A DNA stretch of 64,000 bases. Source: Bacteroidales bacterium. GTDB taxonomy: Bacteria > Bacteroidota > Bacteroidia > Bacteroidales > P3. The DNA lies in contig JAVVPL010000001.1 in the NCBI GenBank assembly GCA_036655775.1, positions 30,939-94,938 on the forward strand, written 5' to 3'. Of the stretch, positions 30,685-39,439 are shown piece by piece. Below the pieces are notes generated by a model. It did no database searches and was not told the origin of the DNA. It was given only the letters and a program-made list of their open reading frames with translations. How positions within the stretch are numbered: position 1 is the first letter of the stretch; each line of letters opens with the position of its first letter. The translations under genes and the position numbers were made by a program.

Positions 30685-31497
30685 TTATTTTTTATGAGAA
30701 TATTTAACAATTAAATCCATAAAAGTGATAGAAGAATCTTCCATCGCATTTACAATAGATTCTATTTTTGTACTCAAATAGTTATAAAAAATTTGAATCA
30801 TAATAGCAACAATAAGACCAAATACAGTAGTTAACAAAGCCACTTTCATACCACCAGCAACAACTGTGGGAGAAATATCACCTGCAGCTTCAATTTGGTC
30901 AAAGGCTTGTACCATCCCAACAACTGTACCCAAGAATCCGAGCATAGGTGCAATAGCGATAGTAAGTGCAATCCAAGAAAGATTTTTTTCTAGTTTACCC
31001 ATTTGAACACCACCGTAAGAAACAATTGATTTTTCAACCATTTCAACGCCTTCATCCATACGAGTTAAACCTTGATAGAAAATACTTGCAACAGGTCCTT
31101 TTGTACTACGGCAAACTTCTTTGGCTGCATCAATACCACCTTCGTTAAGTGCATTTTCTACTTTTGTCAATAATTTATCTGTATTCGTAGTAGCAAGATT
31201 CAAGTAAATGATACGTTCAATTACTAAAGTCAAACCAAGAATTAATACCAACAAAATAGGAGTCATCCAAAGAGCACCCCCTTCAATGAATTTTTGTTTA
31301 AGTACTTGATTGAAAGATTGAGATTCAGCAACGACTTCAGTGTCGGCTTCAGCAACAGCAGCATCTGCAACTTGTTCGGTTGTATCAACTTGTTCGGTTG
31401 TAGCAGTAGCATTTGTTGTATCTTGTGCTTGTGCAATGTTAGCCGTGCCAAAAGTAAGCAAAGCAACCATGGAAAATAATGAAATGAGTTTTTTCAT
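30685..31497 (-). CDS. exbB: MotA/TolQ/ExbB proton channel family protein
   Basis: 270 aa. Signal-like N-terminus, T/E/Q-rich spacer, three TM helices with the ExbB signature GFLGTVVGM. Confidence 0.9.
   Translation of the reverse strand: MKKLISLFSMVALLTFGTANIAQAQDTTNATATTEQVDTTEQVADAAVAEADTEVVAESQSFNQVLKQKFIEGGALWMTPILLVLILGLTLVIERIIYLNLATTNTDKLLTKVENALNEGGIDAAKEVCRSTKGPVASIFYQGLTRMDEGVEMVEKSIVSYGGVQMGKLEKNLSWIALTIAIAPMLGFLGTVVGMVQAFDQIEAAGDISPTVVAGGMKVALLTTVFGLIVAIMIQIFYNYLSTKIESIVNAMEDSSITFMDLIVKYSHKK
31368..31402 (-). repeat. 18-bp x2 in-frame tandem repeat inside exbB
   Basis: CAACTTGTTCGGTTGTA occurs twice with an 18-bp period. It encodes TTEQVD-TTEQV in the N-terminal spacer. Confidence 0.9.
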
Positions 31498-31526
31498 GAC
31501 TTTTAGTAATTTATTTTTTTTGTTTG

Positions 31527-31556
31527 TTTTATTTTATTTTATTTAATTTAATTTAA
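31527..31556. repeat. pentanucleotide simple-sequence repeat (TTTTA)3(TTTAA)3
   Basis: Read directly from the sequence. It lies between tRNA-Ser and the exbB start. Confidence 0.95.
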
Positions 31557-31577
31557 TCATTCTATTTTCTAATTCAG

Positions 31578-31669
31578 TGGCGGAGAAGGTGGGATTCGAA
31601 CCCACGAAACGCTTGTGGCGTTTACACACTTTCCAGGCGTGCGCCTTCGACCAACTCGGCCACCTCTCC
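31578..31669 (-). tRNA. tRNA-Ser (anticodon GGA), CCA encoded
   Basis: The reverse complement folds as a class II tRNA. Acceptor GGAGAGG/CCTTCTCC, anticodon stem CACGC/GTGTG with loop CTGGAAA, long variable arm, T-arm GGTTCGAATCC, 3' GCCA. Confidence 0.95.
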
Positions 31670-31755
31670 CTTTTTCAAACCGCTAATTTACGACTTTTTT
31701 TTGGAACTCTAAAATTTAATTTCTTTATTCTGTTATTTTAATATTATTTTTCACT

Positions 31756-32814
31756 CTATTCTATAAATAAATTGCTTGCATCGGAACTCATTTCTCCACA
31801 TATCGACTGTGTCAAACTGTCAATTTTTTCTTGTTGAGAGGTATTCTGCCCCAAGAGCATCATCATTTTAGTGAGCGCCGATTCCGTAGTAATATCATAG
31901 CCATTAATTACACCTATTTCTTTTAATGCCGTACTCGCTGCATATTTTCCCATTTCCACACTTCCTTCCACACATTGAGTTACATTAATTATGAGTATGC
32001 CTTTTGCAATTGCTTGCGCTAATAAATTTGAAAACCATGCCACCGTTGGCGCATTACCTGAACCATAACTTTCCAAAACAATTCCTTTCAAATTAGGAAT
32101 CGACACTAAGGATTTTAGTGTATCTTCTGTCATTCCAGGATAAATTTTTATAAGTAAAATATCTTGGCAAATCCGCTTGTTGACTTTAAAAGGCAAGCAA
32201 TCTCTATTTGACAATATTAAATGGCGATGCCATTTGATATGAACCCCCAATTTTGCTAATGAAGGATAATTGCCCGAAACAAAAGCATTGAAATATTCGG
32301 CACTTTGTTTAGTAATTCTATTTCCACGATAGAGTTTGTTTTCAAAACAGACACATACCTCAGGCACCATAGGTTTTTCTTTTTCATCTACAGTTGCGGC
32401 CATTTCAAAAGCATTAATCAAATTGTCTTTTCCATCACTTCGCAATACCCCTATGGGTAATTGAGAACCTGTGAAAACAACGGGTTTGGCCAAATTTTGC
32501 AACATAAAACTCATTGCAGAAGCCGTATACGCCATTGTATCCGTACCATGCAACACCACAAATCCATCATATACTGTATAGTTTTTCTCTATAACCTCAG
32601 CAATTTCAATCCAACCTTCTGGCCCCATATCGGAAGAGTCAATGAGTTGCTCAAAACAATGAGCCGTAATATCTATATCCAATGCTTTTAAACTAGGCAC
32701 CGCTTCCATAATAGAAGCAAAATTAAAAGGATGTAAGGCTCCTGTTCGAGGATCTTGCACCATTCCAATGGTTCCACCAGTATATATTACAAGAATTTTG
32801 CGTTTTTTTGACAT
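31756..32814 (-). CDS. ansA: L-asparaginase, type I
   Basis: 352 aa with N-terminal ILVIYTGGTIGM catalytic motif and HGTDTM motif. Confidence 0.9.
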   Translation of the reverse strand: MSKKRKILVIYTGGTIGMVQDPRTGALHPFNFASIMEAVPSLKALDIDITAHCFEQLIDSSDMGPEGWIEIAEVIEKNYTVYDGFVVLHGTDTMAYTASAMSFMLQNLAKPVVFTGSQLPIGVLRSDGKDNLINAFEMAATVDEKEKPMVPEVCVCFENKLYRGNRITKQSAEYFNAFVSGNYPSLAKLGVHIKWHRHLILSNRDCLPFKVNKRICQDILLIKIYPGMTEDTLKSLVSIPNLKGIVLESYGSGNAPTVAWFSNLLAQAIAKGILIINVTQCVEGSVEMGKYAASTALKEIGVINGYDITTESALTKMMMLLGQNTSQQEKIDSLTQSICGEMSSDASNLFIE

Positions 32815-32821
32815 AAGGATG

Positions 32822-32829
32822 CAAATGTA
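32822..32829 (-). promoter_or_regulatory. -7 box TACATTTG immediately upstream of ansA
   Basis: Exact TAnnTTTG, with 7 nt between the box and the ATG. Confidence 0.5.
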
Positions 32830-32856
32830 CTATTTTTTTTAAATTTTACAAAAACA

Positions 32857-34053
32857 CTATGCCAATTTAGTAAGCGCCGTTTTAATACGAGCAATTGCTT
32901 CGACTAAACGTTCCATTTTGGTTGCATAGGAAATACGCACACATTGTGGATCCCCAAAAGCATCTCCTCCTACTAAAGCCACATGCGCTTCATCTAAAAG
33001 ATAGTTTGCCAAATCGGCTCCCGTATGAATTGTATAATTTTTGTAACTTTTATTTATAAATTCTTTGATATTCAAAAACACATAGAAGGCTCCCTCTGGC
33101 ATATTTACACTTAAACCTGGGATTGCAGAAAGTTCAGACATTACCACATCTCTTCGTTCTTTGAATGTTTTGACCATACTTTGAATGGATTCCGATTTTT
33201 TAGGTTCTTCGGTCATGGCAGCAATAGCCGCACGCTGTGCAATAGAAGAAGCTGCAGAGGTCATTTGGCCTTGAATTTTAGAGCAAGCACCTGCGATTTC
33301 ATCACAAGCAGCAATATACCCAATACGCCATCCAGTCATTGCATATCCTTTAGATACCCCATTGACGACAATCACTCGATCTTTAATTTCGGGAAATTGA
33401 GCTAGACTTTCATGTTTTCCTGAAAAATTAATATATTCATAAATTTCATCAGCGACTACATACACTTGCGGATTGGCAAGTAAAACATCTGCAATAGCAC
33501 GCAATTCACTGTGGGTATAAACCATTCCCGTGGGATTGCTAGGACTATTGAGTATCAAAAGTTTTGTTTTAGATGTGATGGCCGACTGTATTTGCGCTGC
33601 AGTCACTTTAAAATTTTGTTCAATTCCCGCTTTGATATAAACAGAAATTCCATCACATAGCTGTACTAATGCTGGATATGAAACCCAATATGGAGTTGGA
33701 ATAATCACTTCGTCCCCTTCATTTAAGGTTGCTAAAAACACATTTGTCAAAGAATGTTTGGCTCCATTAGATACAACAATTTGTGAAGGCTTGTATTCTA
33801 AATTATTATCCCTTATTAGTTTTTTTGCAATTGCTTCTCTTAAATCTAAATACCCAGGAACTGGAGGATAATGGGTGAAGTTTTTTTCAATTCCTTCCAC
33901 ACCTGCTTTTTTGATCAATTCGGGAGTGTCAAAATCAGGCTCTCCTATACTTAAATTGATTACGTCAATTCCTTGACTTTGTAATTCACTACTACGACGA
34001 CTCATTGCCAATGTTTCGGAGGCAGGCATACGTAATATTCTATTTGATAACAT
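32857..34053 (-). CDS. pyridoxal-phosphate-dependent aminotransferase (aspartate aminotransferase class I)
   Basis: The ORF is open to ATG 34065 (MCAS-), but ATG 34053 (MLSNRI..) fits the usual N-terminus better. SKGYAMTGWRIGY PLP-lysine motif. Confidence 0.9.
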   Translation of the reverse strand: MLSNRILRMPASETLAMSRRSSELQSQGIDVINLSIGEPDFDTPELIKKAGVEGIEKNFTHYPPVPGYLDLREAIAKKLIRDNNLEYKPSQIVVSNGAKHSLTNVFLATLNEGDEVIIPTPYWVSYPALVQLCDGISVYIKAGIEQNFKVTAAQIQSAITSKTKLLILNSPSNPTGMVYTHSELRAIADVLLANPQVYVVADEIYEYINFSGKHESLAQFPEIKDRVIVVNGVSKGYAMTGWRIGYIAACDEIAGACSKIQGQMTSAASSIAQRAAIAAMTEEPKKSESIQSMVKTFKERRDVVMSELSAIPGLSVNMPEGAFYVFLNIKEFINKSYKNYTIHTGADLANYLLDEAHVALVGGDAFGDPQCVRISYATKMERLVEAIARIKTALTKLA

Positions 34054-34091
34054 AGATGCACACATATCAATATATTTTTAAAATTTCATGT

Positions 34092-34122
34092 AAAAAAAAA
34101 GGCTCCTTCGCAGGCCGCCTTT
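34092..34122 (-). terminator. intrinsic terminator after secG
   Basis: Minus strand reads AAAGGC-GG-CCU-GCGA-AGG-A-GCCUUU (GNRA tetraloop) followed by a U-run. Confidence 0.6.
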
Positions 34123-34149
34123 CTGTTGGTTTTCCTTTGCTCAAATTAT

Positions 34150-34509
34150 TTATTCGGCAGGAGTTTCGCTCGGTGCATTTTGTGCAGGAGCTGGAGCTGT
34201 ATTCGGAAGTTGAGTAGGTAAAGCCGTGTTTGAACCCTCTACTGTAAGTTCCGTTGCATCCGTCGCATTATTATTTCCACGAGGAATTGAATAAGCAGCA
34301 AGTAAACTTAATACAAACAGTGCAATAGCTAAAACCCAAGTTCCTTTTTCTAGAAAATCAGCTGTTTTACGAGCACCCATAAATTGGTTACCTTGACCTC
34401 CAAATGTAGCAGATAATCCACCACCTTTAGGATTTTGAATAAGCACGATCAAACCGAGTAAAATACACACGATTAGAATTAAAATCGAAATAAAAATGTA
34501 GAATCCCAT
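34150..34509 (-). CDS. secG: preprotein translocase subunit SecG
   Basis: 119 aa with two TM helices and LIVLIQNPKGGGLSATFGG motif. Confidence 0.9.
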   Translation of the reverse strand: MGFYIFISILILIVCILLGLIVLIQNPKGGGLSATFGGQGNQFMGARKTADFLEKGTWVLAIALFVLSLLAAYSIPRGNNNATDATELTVEGSNTALPTQLPNTAPAPAQNAPSETPAE

Positions 34510-34522
34510 AGTATAATTAGTA

Positions 34523-35494
34523 TTATTTTATTATTTTTTTCTTAGCTTCTCTAATTTCTTTTGCAAAGAAACGACTTTTTTCTGGATATTTCAAACTTAA
34601 ATGCTTATATATTTCTATGGCCTTGTCTATGGCCCCTTGAGTAATATATAATTTAGCTAAAGTTTCACTGCCATTTTCAAAATCATCTTTAAGACTTTGA
34701 TTGATATCGGCATCGTCAAAATATTTCTTTTTATTATCGGGGGTTATTAAGATATGATCGGGTTTAGTAAGAAAGCGTTCTATCAATTCTTCTTGACTCA
34801 ATTCATGATTTTTAAGTTTGCTTTTTGCCGCACTTGCTTTTTTTGTTGTAGCGGGTTTAGCATTGGATTTTGCTTTAGGGCAAGACTGATTTTTGCTTGC
34901 TACATTTGTAGGTGATAACAACTGCGTTGTAGCAATATGAGGCAAATCTTCTTCAATTTCTTTCAATCGAGTTTTGGCAGCTTCAAGGGCTTGCGATTTG
35001 ACAGGTCGTGCATCTATTGATTTTTGTGGCAAAGGACTATCTTCGGGCACAGCAATCCGTTTTGCATCCTCCGTCGGTAAAGAAATCGGATCTATTTCTA
35101 CTTCATCAAAAAGGAGATTGCTAATAGTTATCGTTCCTAAGCGTGCGAAACGATCCCATTGCGCTTGTTTTTCTGGTTGATTTAGTTCGTCTTTTTGTTT
35201 TACAAGCGTTTCTTTAATTCGTTTTTTAGATAGATTGAGTTGTGGTTTAGAATTAATTTCATCAATACTTGCAATATGTTGTTTTAGCAATTGTCGATCA
35301 GGTACAGCGATAGCGGTATATGAAAGTTGATTATCAAAATTCGGATCGGCAATCTTTTTTAAATTAAGTAAAAATAACATTTGACCTACTTGGCAATACG
35401 GATAACTATCAACCATTTCTTTAAGGTCAATAAGACTTTCTTTTGAAAATTTGTCAAAATTCAAATAGGTAGTTAATAAATTTTTTTTACTCAT
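34523..35494 (-). CDS. hypothetical protein with K/A/S-rich linker and C-terminal TPR-like helix pair
   Basis: 323-aa ATG ORF, 13 nt upstream of secG. C-terminal LAKLYITQGAIDKAIEIYKHLSLKYPEK. Own promoter (TTTG-N20-TACCTTTG). Confidence 0.6.
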   Translation of the reverse strand: MSKKNLLTTYLNFDKFSKESLIDLKEMVDSYPYCQVGQMLFLLNLKKIADPNFDNQLSYTAIAVPDRQLLKQHIASIDEINSKPQLNLSKKRIKETLVKQKDELNQPEKQAQWDRFARLGTITISNLLFDEVEIDPISLPTEDAKRIAVPEDSPLPQKSIDARPVKSQALEAAKTRLKEIEEDLPHIATTQLLSPTNVASKNQSCPKAKSNAKPATTKKASAAKSKLKNHELSQEELIERFLTKPDHILITPDNKKKYFDDADINQSLKDDFENGSETLAKLYITQGAIDKAIEIYKHLSLKYPEKSRFFAKEIREAKKKIIK

Positions 35495-35513
35495 TTTTTA
35501 CAAAACTAATTTG

Positions 35514-35545
35514 CAAAGGTACTGAAAAATATCGTTTTGAACAAA
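35514..35545 (-). promoter_or_regulatory. promoter TTTG-N20-TACCTTTG upstream of the hypothetical-secG pair
   Basis: Both the -33 (35545-35542) and -7 (35521-35514) elements are present. The ATG lies 19 nt downstream. Confidence 0.65.
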
Positions 35546-35554
35546 TTCTGAATT

Positions 35555-36097
35555 TTATTTATTACAAAAATTAGCAGGAAATTTGGCAGTAATGCCTTGA
35601 TAAAATGTTTTTATTTTAATCATATCCACATCAATATCCCCCGAAATCACAAATTCGCTATCAATAGCACATTTTTTTTTCTTATAGTCTATATACGCGA
35701 TATAGAGAGGCACTTCCGCTTTTTGAGCAATATAATAAAATCCTTTTTTCCAATTTTTAGTTGCTTTGCGAGTGCCTTCGGGCGTTAGGACTAAAGCCAA
35801 AGAATCGGCATTCTGCAATAAATTAGTGGAAAAATTCACCGTATTTAAAGCCTGTTGTCGATTTACAGGAACCCCTCCAAAAGCTTTGAGTATAAAATTA
35901 AGAGGAAAAATAAAAAGTTCTTTTTTAATAAGTACTTTCATAGGAATTCCTATTTTGTAAAACGCCAAACGTCCGATAATAAAATCCCAATTGCTCGTAT
36001 GTGGAGCCACAATAAGGACATATTTGGCAGCCGAAGGACGAAATGAACCCACAGTCCATCCACATAAACGTAATAGTATATTTGCTATTGTTCGCAT
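35555..36097 (-). CDS. 1-acyl-sn-glycerol-3-phosphate (lysophospholipid) acyltransferase family protein
   Basis: 180 aa with HX4D motif (HTSNWD) and EGTR block (LTPEGTR). Confidence 0.8.
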   Translation of the reverse strand: MRTIANILLRLCGWTVGSFRPSAAKYVLIVAPHTSNWDFIIGRLAFYKIGIPMKVLIKKELFIFPLNFILKAFGGVPVNRQQALNTVNFSTNLLQNADSLALVLTPEGTRKATKNWKKGFYYIAQKAEVPLYIAYIDYKKKKCAIDSEFVISGDIDVDMIKIKTFYQGITAKFPANFCNK

Positions 36098-36108
36098 TTT
36101 TTATATTG

Positions 36109-38460
36109 TTAGAAGGGATAACCTATCCCAAAATTAAGTAATATATCTGACCATTGTGATTTTGGCAACACCCATTTTTCTCCATTTGGTTTGGCTGGAT
36201 TCCTAAGTGGAATTGCGGCATCTAAACGAATAAGGAAAAAACCAAAATCATAACGTAATCCAAAACCCGCCCCGATGGCAATATCATTGATAAACGATTT
36301 AAACTGAAAAGCCGCACCTGGCATTTGTGGGTTATTTTTTAATAACCATATATTTCCTGCATCCACAAATAACGCACCTTTCAATCCTGCAAATATAGGA
36401 AAACGTTGCTCGGCATTCAATACTAAAGTAAGATCACCCAACTGCTCTATGGAATTATTTGAACTCTTATAGCTTCCAGGTCCTAATTGGTACAATCGCC
36501 ACGCACGAATATTATTGCTCCCTCCTCCATAAAAACTTTTTTCATAAGGCAAGGATTTTGAATTCAAATAATAATACCCCACTCCCACCATGGCCCTTAA
36601 CACTAGCGCAACATCAGGAGCAAATATAAAATGATGTTTATAGTCTATATCTGTTTTTAAATATTGAGCAAAAGGAATTGAAAAAATATCATATTGACCA
36701 TTTTTATCTTTGTGAGCATTACAAGCTCTAAATCCCAAATATAATAAATTGCCAGCAGCCTCAACATTAAATCGAACAAAATTAAAACCTTTTTGGTTGC
36801 GTGCATCTTGCTCATTGTAAATATAAGAATAATGCGCATTGAGCAAAAAGTGATCTTCGTATTGATATTGAAAACGCTTGTTGGTCAACGAAAGGCTATC
36901 AATGGTATTGGCAAATTTGGATGAAGCATACATTTTTACAATATTTGCATCAATAGGCGTGAGCGTATGTGTATGTTTTCCATCTTTCCAATAATAGGCC
37001 ATAGACGCATTGACAATGGTTCGTTGATAATCTTTTTTATATTGATAACTATATCCTAAGGAAATCAGAGTTTTGGGTCGAAAATATTTGGAAAATCGAT
37101 CCACACTCACTGGGGACAAAAATCGTGGAATTTCCAAATTTGCTTCAATCTTTGCCTCAATCGTATTCAATAAAATAGGATTTTGTGCATTACTCAAAGC
37201 GGATTGTACATCTAAGGCAACGCCTAATTTTAAACCAAAAATCTCACCTCTTTTGAATATATTTTTGTCTTGCACTGCTATATTGGCAGCAATACCTTGT
37301 ATACCTGAAGAAGTGGTCAGTTCGGCTTGCGTACTAAAATTGTATTTAGGCGACTGAGTCAAAGAAATATTACAGTTTAATTGATTGTTGTCCATATACG
37401 ACTTGGTAGTATCATAAGGTAATTCTTGATAGGTAATATTGGTATATCCAAAAAGGCGCAGATCGGAAAGATTCAAATAAGATTGCTCCATATTTTGTAA
37501 AGAAAAGGTTTCAGAGGGAACTATAAATGTTTTTTGTGTCAAAACCTGTGGTTTGATATTCAATTTGTATTTATATTTTATATAATATGGAAGATTGGTA
37601 TCCCCTGCTTTAATTTCTTTTTTGGTAAGCGTATTGATTAATTCTATATGGGTGCTTGTATCGGTGATTTTTTTTGGCATTTTATTACTTTCATAAATAA
37701 AATTTACATCATTGATATAATATTTTTTATGGGGCAAATATTTCGGATTTCCATTGCTATCAAGTGCAGCTTCACGCACGCCTCTCAAAATCATGGTAAC
37801 ATCCATGGTATGATTACCCAAAGCACTATCAATAGCATAACTGATATATTCTTTTGAAAAAGCATAATATCCTAAATCCTGCAAACGTTTAGTAATACGG
37901 GCTCTTTCTTTCTCAAGCACATCTACATCATAGATATTGCCCGATTTAAGTAAGGTTCGTTGTTTCCATTGGGTCATTAAATTCGCAATTGTCGTATCTT
38001 GAATATCTTTGTCTATATTGCGATAACGGTAAGGTTGATTGGGTTTAATTTCATAAACTACTTTTGCTTTTTTCTTTCTTTCAAAAATTCCTCGTTTCTT
38101 TACGACATAGGAAATATCTGGATTAAAATAGCCTTTGGAAGCCATTTTATATTGCATTCTATCTATGGTTTTTATAATTGCTTGGCTATCTAAAATTACG
38201 GCTGCTTGACCCAATTCGCGCAGTTTCCGATTCCACCAATTTTGATTGCTATCCTTGGACATATTGTATATACTCAATCGAATTCGTAAACCCAAAAAAG
38301 ATTCATTAGGATCTTGAACCGTAAGTGAGAGTAAGTCGGATTTACTTAAATTTTGATCTGAACCCTTGATTTCCACCTTATTTTTTACCAATAATTTTTG
38401 CCCTTTCGAGAGTTTTTTTGTCCCCGAACAAGCTGTCAGTATAAAAATACTGAAACTCAA
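36109..38460 (-). CDS. Omp85 (BamA/TamA) family outer-membrane protein, probable lipoprotein
   Basis: 783 aa counted from TTG 38460. POTRA-like N-terminal region, C-terminal surface-antigen barrel ending ..GIGYPF, lipobox ILTAC. The frame stays open upstream to ATC 38490, which would give a better signal peptide (see findings). Confidence 0.8.
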   Translation of the reverse strand: MSFSIFILTACSGTKKLSKGQKLLVKNKVEIKGSDQNLSKSDLLSLTVQDPNESFLGLRIRLSIYNMSKDSNQNWWNRKLRELGQAAVILDSQAIIKTIDRMQYKMASKGYFNPDISYVVKKRGIFERKKKAKVVYEIKPNQPYRYRNIDKDIQDTTIANLMTQWKQRTLLKSGNIYDVDVLEKERARITKRLQDLGYYAFSKEYISYAIDSALGNHTMDVTMILRGVREAALDSNGNPKYLPHKKYYINDVNFIYESNKMPKKITDTSTHIELINTLTKKEIKAGDTNLPYYIKYKYKLNIKPQVLTQKTFIVPSETFSLQNMEQSYLNLSDLRLFGYTNITYQELPYDTTKSYMDNNQLNCNISLTQSPKYNFSTQAELTTSSGIQGIAANIAVQDKNIFKRGEIFGLKLGVALDVQSALSNAQNPILLNTIEAKIEANLEIPRFLSPVSVDRFSKYFRPKTLISLGYSYQYKKDYQRTIVNASMAYYWKDGKHTHTLTPIDANIVKMYASSKFANTIDSLSLTNKRFQYQYEDHFLLNAHYSYIYNEQDARNQKGFNFVRFNVEAAGNLLYLGFRACNAHKDKNGQYDIFSIPFAQYLKTDIDYKHHFIFAPDVALVLRAMVGVGYYYLNSKSLPYEKSFYGGGSNNIRAWRLYQLGPGSYKSSNNSIEQLGDLTLVLNAEQRFPIFAGLKGALFVDAGNIWLLKNNPQMPGAAFQFKSFINDIAIGAGFGLRYDFGFFLIRLDAAIPLRNPAKPNGEKWVLPKSQWSDILLNFGIGYPF

Positions 38461-38493
38461 AAAAACAATATGTAAATATATTTTTTTGATAGT

Positions 38494-39282
38494 TTAATCT
38501 GTTTTTAAATTCCAATCTTTAGCCACTAGAAAATTATGTCTACGCGCATCTAATTCTTTTTTATGTATCGTTATGATGCCGCATTCTTCTCGAGAGGCTC
38601 CATTATACAATAACTCTCCTTGAAAATTGTAGGCTTGTGAAAATCCACTATATTGATATCCATCTCCATCACAACCTATTCGATTAACCCCTACACAATA
38701 AGCTTGATTTTCAATCGCACGCGCTTGCAACAAATGTATCCAATCATTTTGACGAACTTCGGGCCATGAAGCCACATACAATAAAACATCATAGCCATAA
38801 ACAGCCTGTGTATACGTATTCATACTCCAACAAGGAAAACGCAAATCATAACATACTTGTAGCGCAAAATTCCAACCCCATTCGTGTACGATTTTTCGCA
38901 TGGATCCCGCGGTAAATTCCAAAGCTTCTTTGCCGAGAGAAAACAAATAATGTTTATCGTAATATTCTATACTTGCATCAGGTCGCACCCATAAAAAACG
39001 ATTGAATATTTTATCATTTTCACGAATAGCCACACTCCCTGCTATAACCGCTTGTTTCGCATGAGCCAGACTTTTCATCCACTCTACACTGGTTCCATTC
39101 ATAGGTTCTGCCAACTGAGGATCTATACAAAAAGCCGAAGGAAATAATTCGGGCAATACATATAAATTGCACAAAGGCGACTCATGAATAATTTGGGCAA
39201 TATGATCTAAATTCAATCGTGGCGATTTCCACACTAAATCCGTTTGAATAATACCTATTTGAAGTGTTTCTAAAGTAGTCAT
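38494..39282 (-). CDS. carbon-nitrogen hydrolase (nitrilase superfamily; omega-amidase YafV-like)
   Basis: 262 aa with the E-K-C triad context (VLPELF, YDKHYLF, LQVCYDLRFP). Confidence 0.85.
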   Translation of the reverse strand: MTTLETLQIGIIQTDLVWKSPRLNLDHIAQIIHESPLCNLYVLPELFPSAFCIDPQLAEPMNGTSVEWMKSLAHAKQAVIAGSVAIRENDKIFNRFLWVRPDASIEYYDKHYLFSLGKEALEFTAGSMRKIVHEWGWNFALQVCYDLRFPCWSMNTYTQAVYGYDVLLYVASWPEVRQNDWIHLLQARAIENQAYCVGVNRIGCDGDGYQYSGFSQAYNFQGELLYNGASREECGIITIHKKELDARRHNFLVAKDWNLKTD

Positions 39283-39320
39283 ATTGTTGTATATGGTTTT
39301 TTATTTGACTAATCTTTATT

Positions 39321-39419
39321 AAGTAAGCGAGCAGACCCAGCTATACTTTATCCTTTTTAAAACACAAGCCTCGCTTGCGAAGTAGAAGACAAAAGTATAG
39401 TCAAGCCTGCTCGCTACTT
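39321..39419 (-). repeat. 99-bp imperfect palindrome (28/29-nt arms, 42-nt centre) between tnaA and the CN-hydrolase gene
   Basis: Arms are AAGTAAGCGAGCAGACCCAGCTATACTTT and AAAGTATAGTCAAGCCTGCTCGCTACTT. Four mismatches on the plus strand become G.U pairs on the minus strand. Confidence 0.85.
39390..39397 (-). promoter_or_regulatory. -7 box TACTTTTG upstream of the CN-hydrolase operon
   Basis: Exact TAnnTTTG, embedded in one arm of the long inverted repeat and 107 nt before the ATG. Confidence 0.45.
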
Positions 39420-39439
39420 GAAATCATTTACAGTAAAAA

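Noticed and set aside
38494-38496. Stop-codon readthrough fusing the CN-hydrolase to the Omp85 protein, since the two are in the same frame
   Set aside because: A shared frame is expected one time in three by chance. The downstream sequence is also a signal peptide, which must be N-terminal to function.
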